Assembly (NCBI RefSeq): GCF_009914755.1
Contig: NC_060939.1
Length of the DNA stretch: 64,000 bases
Strand: one strand, 5' to 3'
Source of the DNA: the human T2T-CHM13v2.0 reference genome, Homo sapiens
The notes beneath the pieces are model-generated. The model saw nothing but the letters and a program-made list of their open reading frames with translations. It was not told the origin of the DNA and did no database searches. The position numbers were made by a program, and so were the translations under genes. Shown here in pieces: positions 43,086 to 56,442 of the stretch (position 1 is its first letter; every line of letters begins with the position of its first letter).

Positions 43086-44534
43086 CAGTTCCTTGGACAA
43101 CACTGTGAAAAGGTGAAACACTAGACACAAGCTCCACTCTTCTTTCCCCTGCAGTCCATGTGGGAGAAGCTGCTGAGCTGTATTGGCCTCTGTCTACTGT
43201 ACTGCAGGCCACCTAGCTTTTTGTTCTCAGCAGTCTCCAGGCATCTAGAGTATGCTGTGTCCCATCAGCACTCCAAGTCGGGCAAGACAGAAATCAGTCT
43301 CTTGGGCGGCCCTCTGAAAAGCCAGAGCATTGGACGGATGCTCCGACTTTTTCCTTCTCCAAGGAGAAGCCAGGATTTGGAGGTTTACTCTCACTTACTC
43401 TGCCCTGAGCAAGGGTGAGGGGCAATTGCACTGAATGCATACTAATTCATATCATCATCTTTCTTCTCAGTGGTTCCCAACCTGGCATCTTTCCCTGTTA
43501 GCTCTTAGATTCACACACAACAGAAACCAGTCTTCAAAGTACCTCCCCAAAAGTCTGAACATTAGACATAAGATCCAGTCTTCTCTCTCCCTCCCAAAGG
43601 AGAAGCCAGGAGGTAGTTTTCTCTAAATCAATGTATTGTGCCAGAAAGGGAGTCAGATGAGTGAGTGCCATGAATTTTCCTATTAGCTTCAATACAACTG
43701 GTTTCATGCTCACCTGGGGTTTAGGAGCCTCTTAACTGATTTCTGAATTTCTCACAAAGGGAACTGGCCCGTGTATTATTAAATTGGCATCTCCATGGGG
43801 CAACAAGGATCCGGTATTTTCTATTCCACCATCTTGATGACATTACCTCCCCCTTTCCCACTTTTAGTTTCTGAGAGGCAAATGCTATGTCATCCATGGA
43901 TAGAGAGAGAAGACAAAAGTGGCTGGGTTCCACCAAATATGCTCCCAGTCACAAAGTGGCTCATATGGACATGTTGGTAGTGAGAGTAAGAGCAGACTGA
44001 TCTGAGACTGAGTCAGGCTTCGCTGAAAGGGGGCTGGCCTCTCCTTCATAATTGGAGGACAGTACCAAACAAACTACAAGGAAAAGAATTAGAAATGAAG
44101 GAAGAGTAACGAGAAAAAGAGTAGAAGAAACATATATTTTAAAAGATCTTCCTTAAGATATGCAAAATAACTGAAAGGAAACAAATGGAGGACAATAACA
44201 CATTAGACTTGTGAACACACATAGAAATGGTTCAGTACAACCCAAGACTTTGATATACACTTAGATCTTTCTGAGATTGGTTAGAAATTGGGCTAGCAGG
44301 GTGTGAGGAGAATGTATTGGAAGTAGACAGGAGGAAAAAAGAAACTTGAAGACTATAGGAGAGAAAAAGTATACATTTTGTTGCACTTTTTTTTTTCACT
44401 GTGTAGCGTGTTTTTTTCACGTAGAAACACATTACTGACAACTTCCTTGTCAGTGCAGGCAGAGCCATTTCTAAAAACATCACATCATTTAAGTATTCCC
44501 CTACTAAAGGACAATTAGAAATCATCCAAATTTT

Positions 44535-44839
<305 letters not shown>

Positions 44840-46679
44840 TCAATTGTTAAGAATGCTACAACGAACAAGCAGGCAGAGAGATCCTTAGTCATGCAAGTTT
44901 GTATTTTCATAGGACTCATAGAAATCATTCAAATAATATGCCCATTTGAAAATTTGATAAATATTTCAGAATTGTTTCTTATTAGACTTACCCTGCCAAG
45001 TATTTGAGAGCAACTGTTTTTCTGTTCCCACACCCACTTTAGGTATTACCAATTTTAAAACTGTTGGCTGAAAAACAGGTGAAATGTGTTTTCATGATTT
45101 TATTTTGCATTTTTAATGATTTTTATTAGTCACATCTTATGAATTGTCTTTATATTGTTTTTGCTATATTTTCCAATTACTAGATCTACTAGGCTGGTAC
45201 AATACAAATACACTTAAATAAGGGCTTAGCTAAATAAGACGAAAAAAGATTTACAAAGAGCCTGCTGTACATAAAAGTCATTTTCAAAGGGAAGAGGGAA
45301 TAGAACGACCTGTTACTACATCTCCACTAAGCACTGGTATTGTGTTCCTCTGCACATTAGCCAATCCAAATGGACAGTTGTGCACTGGGGGCAGTGAGTA
45401 TTGCAATACTGTAAACCTTTATTCCTTTAGTGGCCCCCTGTGGACTTTCCAGAGTGATAACAATACTTCAGGCTCAAGAGTCCTGTAAAGTATGTATAGC
45501 TATCTCACTGCTGGGGCATTAAAGCAAGAAGCACAGCTAACCGAATTTTTACGGTAATTCATTTTTTATGTTCATTATCAAATCTTACAACCTCCTTACC
45601 CAGATATATACCCATTACCGAAGAATTTATTGCAGAGTAGTGAGGAAGAAAATATTAAGGGGAAAAAAAGACAAGAGTGAAGAAAACTGATGAAGAGAAC
45701 AAGAAAAAGTGATAACAAAGATGTGGAACATGACAAAGATTTTTTTTTTAATTTGTTATCAACCAATATTACTACTTCGCTTTCTGAATGCTTTTTTAGA
45801 ATCATTGTTAAGTTTCAAATAACCAGAACGTAATTTATGTTGAACCATCTATTAACTGAAAATTTCCCTAGCTTTTCTTTTGTTGGATTATATTCATTAT
45901 TAGTAAGCTAACTTTTAGACAGAAAAAGTGAATTTCAAAAATTCCCCTTGGAAGAGAAAAACTATATGAAGATAAACTAATATTGGGTATTTAGTCTCCC
46001 AAATCCATTGACATCTCTTATACTGTGCTTGAAAGAAATCAAATTCAACGAATCACACCTTCCATATCTATATATTTATTTACTGAACGCTGTGGACTGG
46101 TGATCATAGTGATAATCTGGGAAATTTTTAGAATCATAAATTGCCTGAAATTATCAGATACTTAATATTCTGCTCTTTTTATGGTAGGAAATTTAATATA
46201 TATATTTACATAAGCACAGATTTCAAATACAAAAGTTATAAGAAACTGATAATTAACTCAAAAACCTAATTATTAAGCACCAACCCACTCCTTAAGCTTC
46301 TGTTTGCTATTAGCATTCTGTGCTATTTTGACAATTTTTCAGTTGTTTGGCCTAAGGAAGAGGTTCCCAACAATATCACAATCTAAGTAGAAATACAAAA
46401 ACTGAGAACTATAGCCATAAACTACAACAGTCCTTCCCTCTAGTTTTCAACCTTTGCCTGCTGAGCTTTCATGAATGACCTCTTGGCCAGCTGTGGAATG
46501 GGATCAACATCATGATGTAGTAAACCAGTTATTCAGAGAAAAGTCAGGAGACCAGCCTTCAGCCTTCTATTTCTAGGCCTGCCCTTGCTCGTCATTGTAT
46601 CAACGCTGAAAGGCAGACAGTCCAATTCAACGGTCCTCACAATACGCAAATTCCCATGTCTACTGCAAACAAAATAAAA

Positions 46680-46681
<2 letters not shown>

Positions 46682-46722
<41 letters not shown>
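46682..46722. repeat. (TG)n microsatellite, about 20 units
   Basis: Directly visible. Confidence 0.97.
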
Positions 46723-46723
<1 letters not shown>

Positions 46724-47254
46724 TGTTCAATGGAGTTCAAAGACTAGTTTAAAGAGGGCAAACATATATAAATAACGGATACAGGAGCTACTCATAAGAT
46801 CAGTAACTTAAAAGAGTTTGTAATTATTCTCAGGTATACGATCCTTGAAAATGCCAAGACTCTTATTTAAAAAGGGAGTTTGAAAAAGGTGGCTGTTTCT
46901 AGCACAATCTTTATCCACGTAACTCAAACACATTCCCAAAAGAATGTTACATCCAGTGCCTTTTTTTCCGAAACAAAAATCCAGATCTCACTTTTATAAA
47001 ACCTCTCCATCAGAGTCTTGAGAGATGATAGGCTCTGCAGAACATGAACCCCAAAAGACACTGTAACTCATGGTCTGGGTGTCCAAACAGAAAGGACTCT
47101 TACCATTCTTCATGGCCACTAGGGTAAAGGTTCTTCCGGGCATTAAGACCCAATAGCAGCAGAGGCTTTCACAAAACCATGAGGTCAGTTTATCACATTT
47201 GATTGTTAGACGTTAGTGGGATTCCTGACTGTATTAGCATCCAGCTTCATCATA

Positions 47255-47393
47255 TTAAAAGGAGTTAGTTAGCTTGCCTTAGGTAAATAACAAAGGAAAG
47301 GTTCCCCAAAAGCCCCGGCCCACAGGTTAGTGCCTTATCCCCACGTAACATAAAAAGCAGCCTGCGAAAAAAATCAAGCTGCAGGAACCAATA
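47255..47393. mobile_element. Probable ERV1-class LTR fragment
   Basis: aaaaggagttagttagcttgccttaggta...taacataaaaagcagcctg...tcaagctgcagg resembles a recalled LTR 5' portion; family not assigned. Confidence 0.5.
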
Positions 47394-49265
47394 ATATGAA
47401 TGTCAAAATAATTATTTTCCATGTTTACGTGAAGCCAGTAGATAGAATTTATGCTTTAAGCTCCCAACTTGATTTTATTCCATGTAGGTTCTTGGGGGGA
47501 AAAGTGGCTACTACAGGCTGTTCAGGAAAGATAGTTCAGAAAACATTTACTGGAGAGTGTAAGTATTTGTAAGATTTTGCTTATCCAATGTTACTCTGGT
47601 TGAATTGGATTTTGGAGTCATTTAACACTTAGCACTGAAGAAACCTACAAATTTCATCTAATTTATCCCTCTGCCTTTGGGTTGGCCCAGAAGTCCACGT
47701 ATGTAAGTATAGACCTTACTTTACAAGAATGTGCACACTTCATTATAAAGGTTACATTTAGATAATGCACACATTTATAGCCATTTTCTCTCAAACAATA
47801 CAACAGAGCACTACTTCAGCTAATTGTAAATACAAATTAAACTGTTCATTCCACTCCTAGTCTATGATCCCTTATCATACTCACTTTTCATTCTTCTTTG
47901 TCCTCATATGCATATTACCTGATGTGTAATAATCCTCCAAGTCATTTTCTAGTATTAAGAGACTTTTGGCAGTGAACTATTTTACCTGATGTTTGGCTCA
48001 AATTCCTCATGCTCCCATTTTGAACCATCTTTTTCTGCTCTCAGGGAAGGTAGGAAACAGCTGGTCACCATCCCCTACACTAAGCTCCTTCAGAAACCTC
48101 AAGATCACCATTTTTTTTTAAACAAGAGATGTTTTATATCAGATTGTTAAAAATCAGTTTTTGAGGGACGTTAGCAAGCCCTCACTTTATCTCCGCCCTA
48201 TCTAGAGTCAGCTGAACTTGGCAGCACATGGCTTTCTCCTAGGTATAATTACAGTCTGGAGGAGAATGCAATTTGTGCAGCATTCCACTGACCTACAAGC
48301 TGACCTTGTGCAGGGGCAAATTCACAGGTTGCGTTAAACCCTATTAGACATGCCTAGTTTAAGGCAAAGCCTTTCCAGACCCCTGCCACATGCCAGGATT
48401 AGGGCATGTCACACGTGCGTACTATTACATCGCCTAAGGGACTCTCCCAATGCCTTCCAGAGTGGGAAAGGCAGGCCCACACTGTCTAAACCTGTACATT
48501 AAGCCAGTATAGACAAATTATTATTATTCCTCACATATGTGAATTTTTTTAAAGCCTGCCTCTGTGAATAAGAATTAAGACAAAAATGGGAAGACAGATT
48601 TGCTACACTGGGAAAATCATACCTTCAACCTCAGCTAGAAAAGTTCTGCCAGACAGGCTGAGAAAGAATTCTTGTCAGGTCCAGTGGGATTTTTACATCT
48701 ACAGAAAATCTGTACACTGTATATCTTCGGCTTTCTGCCTGAGCTTGGCAGACAGGGCCAAAAATAAAAATAAATGGTTCTGAATAGACCACAAGTGCTG
48801 GAAGTCTGCTCAGCCAAGTGAGTTTGGCATAGCTACAAAATTAAGAGAAACACAGAAGCCCTCTTCTTCCATGGAGCCTTCCCTGTCTGAAAGGAAGATG
48901 ATTAATTTCTACATCTACACCTTTGCTAGACACCAAACACATTCATACCTATACCAGATCGAGTGCATATTTTGCTCTTTGGCTTAAGTTTCACATTTGA
49001 ACATACTCAGTTCCAGTCACAGGGTTTCCATCTCCAGCACAGTCAGTTTTATCCTAGAGCCTGGCAAATAAGCAGAGAGTTTTTTCAAATACAGCCACAT
49101 GTGCTATCACCAATGAATAGCTGCTGGCACTTCAGGGAACTAAGGGCATGTGAAAGTTGCTGCTTTTCCTGTCTGAATCAACTATTTCACCCCACCAAAA
49201 ACAAACAAATAAATGTAGAAACCATATATATATGAGTAGACATTTACTTTCATGACAATGATATA

Positions 49266-49478
49266 CAGGTCGAGCATCCCAAATTCAAAACTCAAGAACT
49301 CCAAAATACGAAGTATTTCAAAATCCAGAACTTTTTCAGCGCTGGTACAGTGCTCAAGGAAAATGCTCAGTGGGGTATTTCAGGTCTTGGATTTTCAGAT
49401 TTGGAATGCTCAACTGGAAAATTTGAAATCTGAAACGTTTCTGGTCTCAACCATTTCAGATAAGGGATACTCGACCTG
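49266..49478. mobile_element. Tigger4a/MER46-like TcMar-Tigger MITE
   Basis: Inverted ends CAGGTCGAGCATCCC and GGGATACTCGACCTG, each flanked by TA. Confidence 0.9.
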
Positions 49479-51244
49479 TATACCAAATATCCACATAGGG
49501 TACACGGTCAGCTATATAGAACAAGTGTGTAAATGATCTGGCCTTTCTTGGTAAGATTGAACAACAGCGTGGAGAATTCACATAAATTAGACAATCTGAT
49601 TCTCCCAAGTACAATTCTAAAAAATACAACTTCTATTTTTGTGCCATCAAACTAGTGTTATCTCTTGCTTATGCTTCACATCAATACTCGCTGAATTCCA
49701 CCACCTGGCCAAACTATGGACATTAAGAGGCTGGTTGGTAAAAAGTAGATATGCTACTGATGACAAGTCAGCTTGTCTTAGTAACAGTCATCCCACTTCT
49801 AAGTCATGGGCTTCCAAATAGATAAAGGTACCTTCATAATGACTGTTATGTTTCTCTTTAAGACATTCTTGTGGAGTGGGTTGGAAGACACGTAGAATCC
49901 TATGTTAGAGATGCAGAAATTGTTTCACTTATTCAAGGGCTACAGGCTCTGATGATTGCACTGATACTTTAGTTTGAATACCTCCAAATTATAAATTAGT
50001 ATAGGGTCTAAACTTTAGCTGCATTAGAGAGCAGTATCTTTGTGAGATGAGAGAGAATATTAAGAAGGCCTTAGGTTTAATTTTTATTCTCATTTAACTG
50101 CCATCCAAATCAAAAAATCTTCTAAGTAATAGACATCTAATTGGGAAAACAGAGTGAGAGTTTCGCAATGGAAAGAAATTCCAAGAAGTGATGCAAAACG
50201 ATGCAAGGCAATGAGGTATGGTAGCCTATGGATACAGGCCTTATGCACAGAAAAAAATCATGGGGGAACCAACTGGCAGAATCCTTTTATAGCTGTGGCT
50301 ATTCTAGTCCCCTCCCTACGATTTCTAATATGGCAGTGACTACAAATGGGACAGGTAAGCAATGATTCCTCCCAGCCAGTGCCAGAAGGGAGTGCCTGGG
50401 GAAGGGGAAGGGCAGGACCACAGCCATCTTGCTTTCTCTCTTACGGGAGAATAACCGCTTCTTTGGAAATATGCAATTGTTACTTGGCAGGTGCCCAGGA
50501 GTACAATGCTGATTCAGTTTCCTTGGTCCCCTTCTTCTTCCCTGCTCCATCCCCTGCCACTCTGCCATCACACCCAGAAGAGCTGGTTGGCTGGCTGTGT
50601 AGTGCCATATTATGCAATGTCATCCGACGTGGTGCAAAACAGCTCTTGCTGCTAATGGCCAGTATGGCCTGGTAGGCCTCTGGGAAGAAGCCTCTGTCAA
50701 CTGGCCTGATAATGACATTAAAATAAGCTTTCCACATACAGCTGATAATCTGTCTCATTAAATGTTTCAAGGAAAACTAAGCTTCACTGTTTAGTCAAAC
50801 TGTTAGGTCTGAATCTCTTCCATGGCCTTATTTTTGGGGACACATAAAATTGCTTGGATGAAGTTTACTTTAAGGATCTAGGCTCTTCACCAAGAAATGT
50901 GAAAAGGCAAATTGTCACCCTGTCTTGAGTCTGAGAACGTATTTGGCACCCCATCCCCATCCTGACGAGACAGAAAAACCCTTTTCTTGTTTTTCAGGCT
51001 GATGAATTCCACTCAGAAGGCTAATGCGGAGGCCACAGCAGGTGAAGGCTATGACAGTGTGGGGGTGTGATGGGTTGGAGGGGGGAGGGTAGGGCTGTGG
51101 GCAGATTTCTGATTTTGTGTAATGTAGAAGACAAACCCCCAAACAAAATCACATGCTTTTTCCTATTGATCATGGAGTCTTGCGGGAAGAAAAGACCAAG
51201 AGACATCAGTGCATTCACTGCCTTCAGACAGAACCAGAGCTACC

Positions 51245-51373
51245 AAAGCTTGGCCCTGCGAACAGCTTTGATTTTAGACTTCTAGACTCTAGAATTATGA
51301 GACAATAAATTTTTGTTGTTTCAAGTCAACAGTTGGTGACAGTTTGTTAAATTAGCCCTAGGAAACTAATACA
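51245..51373 (+). mobile_element. MLT1 (ERVL-MaLR) LTR 3' fragment
   Basis: ttgattttagacttctagactctagaattatgagacaataaatttttgttgtttcaag...gccctaggaaactaataca. Confidence 0.8.
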
Positions 51374-53189
51374 GGGGCTGATATTTTTATATTTCTAATA
51401 ATCTTCTAGGTGATTATGTTGCTGCTGGTCCATGGACATTTTGAGGGGTGAAGTGACTCTAAATAAATGTATTATTTTGTTACTGATCATTGGCACTTAG
51501 CACGGTGCCAATACATAGATATATGTATGTTTCTATAATCCCTGATTTCCAGAGGTTTTTCCCATGAGCCCCTTTCAGAATATCAATCTCCACGGAGTCC
51601 TTTACTAAAGCTATTGTACTCATTTAGGAAGTATTGGAAGTAACTTTCTCATAGAAAGCCAATCCCAAGTATACAGACAGCCATAGTGCCCTCCTAAAAC
51701 CTCTAAATAACAAAGTTTGCATGACCTTTGGACTTCCTGTCTTGTCTATATAATTTCTCATCTAATAATAAAAACTTCAACCCAGTCTCACACACGTATA
51801 TCTTTGGTGGCTTAAATAGGGCTTTTTCTTTCCAACATGTTAGAGTGTTAGGCTTTTGGAAAGAACACATGCTAATAATTACGCCAAGCTGGTTAGAGAT
51901 AATGGGCAACAGAAAAGTTATTATCTTCAATGTCATCATATGTCTTTGATATGATAATCATTGCATTCAAGATATCAGAAATGATGGATGGCCTTTGATT
52001 TAGAGGGTATCCACGATGCAAATTACCTGGCTCTTTCCCACTCCTGTGTAGAGGTGAAGAGCCAGCAAGAGTGAGCACCCCTAGCTGCAGTGCCTCAAGC
52101 CACTGGAAGGCAAAATCTGAGACAGAACTCCAAGGGAAACACTTCTTCCTTTAAAGATACTTAGGGCACCTCACATTTTCCTTTTGCAGACAACTTCTCG
52201 CATAGTCTTCATTTGCCGCCATTGCCATAATGTACACTACTTACAACCCAAGTCACTCCACTCTGTTAATTTTCTGGCTAACAGCTGCTGATATGTAAGT
52301 GCCATATTGCTTCCAACAGGTTCACTGAGTTCCTTCCATGAATATAAAATAAATATTCCACGAAATGTTGGTAAAAAGAGAAAGATGAAATATTACTGTA
52401 TTTTAGTAGATATTTTAGAACTGCTGCAAGATTTTGTTAGGGTTTGCGGTGTTATGTCCCAGCACATTTCCCCCGTAATTAGTCTTATCCTCCTTCTTAC
52501 TCTCATAGCACAGCTATCACGGGAAGCAAGTGCGTATCATACACTATCATTCAGGCTTTCAGGTGAATGGCATAACATAGTGACTGAAAAAACCTACCCA
52601 CTGCCATCCATGAAGAGTGAGCGTCTACACCCATCTTGACTGGAACCATGAGCATATGCACCCAGAGGTTCTCTTAGATCAACAAGGGTGTAACACACAT
52701 GGTAGATGATTTGCCCAGAGATGCCTAGATGCCTGACTTCTAGTCCTGTGGCCTCTCCCTTGAAATAATTATTCCAGCAAAGATGTACATTCCTAATTAG
52801 TCATATTGCAACAAGGGAATAGCCTTTAAGATATGAGAATCAAATTCACTTGGAATTTGGGGTGGTAAAGGCCTTTCGACTTCCTCTTCTCCTAAAAAAT
52901 TAGCCCAAAATTATGAGACCTAATGATTTGAAAAATAAAATCTATCTTCCATAAAACTAGGGGAGCCCTTTAAGTTTTAAAACAGAAAATGTGAAGTTGG
53001 AGGACTGGTAAATTCCTAGGTATAGCTGTGGGAGGTAGAATGCCAGACATACACGAGTAAGAGGCATCCTGCGTTGGTGGAGACAGGAATGGTTAAGAAG
53101 CTAAATAGAAATGAATTGTTTCAAAGTCTGCATATGGAGCAACTAGGTGCATGATCTGTAATTCCATCTACTACAATCAGGTAGCATAG

Positions 53190-55470
53190 TTTCTTTTTAT
53201 TACTGATTGGTAAGAATTCCACAAACATTTTGGATAACAATTCTTATTGAGCTATATGTATTACAAATGTCTTCAAGCATGTGGCCTATCTTTTTATACT
53301 CTTCAAGGTGTCTTGATGAGCAAGAGTTCATGTCAATGATTTTATTTTAATGTAGTCACATTTCATTATTTGTTTTGTGCTTTCCATGTCTTTTCCGTAT
53401 AAGGCCAAAAGATAGGCTCCTATATTATTTTCAAAAATTATTAAATGTTTCCTTTCTCATTGTTACATCTGGCATTGTCTTTTATTCATGAAGTGAGGTA
53501 GGGATCCATTTTCCTTTTTTTGCCATATATATTCAATTTTTAAAATACTTTTATTCATAGTCAATTTTGCCCACTGATCTGAGATACCACATTTGTCATG
53601 TATTAGTTTCCATATATGCATAGATTTGCTTCTGAGCTCTCAATTCTTTTCACTCATTATTTATTTATTTAGTTTTTCCTGTGACAATTACTGCCATACT
53701 ATAGCCACTCTACTAGCTCTTATTACCTTATTTTCCTTTATATGAGGTAGAATATCTCCCACTTAGTTTTCCTTTTTTGGAGTTGTTTTTTGAACATTTG
53801 TTCTTGCATGCAAATTTTTAGAATAAGCTTGTTAAATTCCAAGTAATTCTTAGATTTTGATTGAAATGACTTTGAAACTAGAAATTTGGGAAAAATTAAC
53901 ATCTTTATAATATTGGCTTTCCCATTCATGAAGAGAATTATGTCTCTCTTTTTATTTAGGTCTATTTTAATGCTTTCAATAAAGTTGAATAATTTTCTAC
54001 ACTGACTCGACCATATTTGCTTAGATTTATTCTTATTTTATGTCCCTCTAATGGTATCTTTATTTTCCAACTTAATAGTGTATAAAAATGCAATTGATTA
54101 TTGTGGTACTGATCTCATATCTACTAGGTTTACTCTATTCTCTCATTTTTTAAATTTGTCAATACAGATTTTCTATGCTGAAAAATCACAATTCATCGTT
54201 TCATTTCTTCCTTTCCAATATATTTTATTTGATTTCTTTGCCTTATTACACTTGCTTAGATTAAATAAAGGATGTAGAAATGTGTATCATATTCCTATTT
54301 CGTACTGATCTCAAAAAGAAAGCTTTCAAATTTTCACCAAATATGCCCTTGTCACATGCCTGCTTCGTGGACACTCTTTTTGAGGCTAAAGCTATTCCCT
54401 TACAATCTTAGTTACAAAATTTCATTATAAATCATAATCATATTTAATCAAATATTTTGCCATCATCTTTCAATTATATAGTTCCCCCTTTAATCTATTA
54501 ACATTTTAATTATTTATAAAAAGCATTTACTAATTTTGAATCAAATTTGCCAGTCTGGAATAAATCAGTTAATTATCAAACATTTTTTTATATATTTCTG
54601 GATTTCATTTGCTAATATTCTGGTTAAGATCTTCATATCTATATTTATGAGAGAAATTGTCCTGTAGTTTCTTTTACTTCTGCCCTTGTCTGGTTGTGCT
54701 ATCAAGATTATATATACTAGTCTTGAGTTTAATATTATTTTCTATTATCTAATATTTTGTGTAAGAAAGACATGCTTAGTGTAATAAAATAAGCTGGACC
54801 TCGCATTTTGTGTGACGATTTTAAACTACTAATTTAATTAACCTTAATATTTACGGAACCATTCAGGTGTTCTACTTCTTGACTGTTTTGATCATTCACA
54901 GTCTTCTACAAAATTATTTCATATTATTTTCATTTATTGGCAAAAATTTGTTCATGGTATTGTATTATACATTTCTATTGCATCTGTAGTTACATTCACT
55001 TTTACTTCCTTAATATTACTTATGCTTGTTTTGCTCAATCTTGCAAAAAGTTTTTGAATGTTATTCTTTTTTTTCAAAGAAGAAACTTTTGTCTTTAATT
55101 GATGTTCTCTATTAACTTAAAAAATTCCATTCTCATCTTTTAAAATGTATTAGGTTAAACCACAGAAAATTGCAAATATTTGACATATTTAACCTGTAAA
55201 AATGGCTTTTTCCTGCTGTTCAACCTAATATTTCCTTTTAATTTCTTTGATTTTTTTGTATTTTTCTAGTTATTGATTTAAGGCACTTAACTGATTTTTG
55301 ATCTATCTTTTGCTTTTCTAATATAAATACTCATGACTATACATTTCAGCTACATCCTATGAGTCTTATCAGTATTTTTGTTTTTTGCTAAGTGTTTTTA
55401 AAATTCCATTATAATTACTTTCTTAACTCAATTTATTTATGGGTGTGATCATGTATTTTTAAAAATAAGG
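53190..55470 (-). mobile_element. Ancient, highly diverged L1M ORF2 fragments
   Basis: ORF 53738..53929(-) (GKANIIKMLIFPK...EFNKLILK) resembles L1 ORF2; T-rich + strand. Boundaries approximate. Confidence 0.65.
55150..55228. mobile_element. MADE2-like mariner MITE
   Basis: 79 bp with inverted ends ttaggttaaac...gttcaacctaa flanked by TA. Confidence 0.75.
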
Positions 55471-55480
55471 AAGTTTTTCC

Positions 55481-56230
55481 ATTTTAAAATTCATATGGTA
55501 CCAAAAAAGAGCCCGAATAGCCAAGGCAACCCTAAGCAAAAAGAACAAAGCTGGAGGCATCACACTACCTGACTTCAAACTATACTACAAGGCTACAGTA
55601 ACCAAAAGAGCATGGTACTAATACAAGAACAAACACATAGACCAAGTGAACAGAACAGAGAACCTATTCACTGCCACCAATAAGACGGCACACCTACAAC
55701 TATCTGACCTTTGACAAACTTGACAAAAACAAGCAATAGAGAAAGAATTCCCTATTCAATAAATGGTCCTAGGATAACTGGCTAGCCATATGGAGAAGAC
55801 TGAAAGTGACCCCTTTTTCCTTACACCATATACAAAAATGAATTCAAGATGGATTAAACATTTAAATGTAAAACCCAAAACTATAAAAACTCTAGAAGAC
55901 AACCTAGGCAATACCATTCAGGACACAGGCACAGGCAAATATTTCATGATGAAGATGCCAAAAGCAATTACAACAAAAGCAAAAATTAACAAACGGGATG
56001 TAATTAAACTAAAGAGCTCCTACACAGCAAAAGAAACTATCAACAGAGTGAACAGACAACCTACAGAATGGGAGAAAAACTTTGCAAACTATGCATTTGA
56101 CAAAGGTTGAATATCTAGCATCTGTAAGGAACTGAAACAAATGTACAAGAAAAAAACAACCCCATTAAAAAGTGGGCAAAGGACATGAACAGACACTTTT
56201 CAAAAAAAGACATGCATGAGGCCAAAAAGC

Positions 56231-56265
<35 letters not shown>

Positions 56266-56398
56266 TATATATACACATATATATATACACATACACATAT
56301 ATATATACACATATATATATACACATACACATATATATACACATATATATATACACATATATATATACACATATATATATATACACATATATATATAT

Positions 56399-56442
<44 letters not shown>

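Noticed and set aside
42787-43212. Lys/Glu/Arg-rich and Ser/Phe/Leu-rich ORFs
   Set aside because: Produced by the stop-free GA low-complexity tract.
45428-45445. CTCF-like GTCCACAGGGGGCCACTA on the minus strand
   Set aside because: The AGGGGGC core matches but five of 14 consensus positions do not; too weak without ChIP data.
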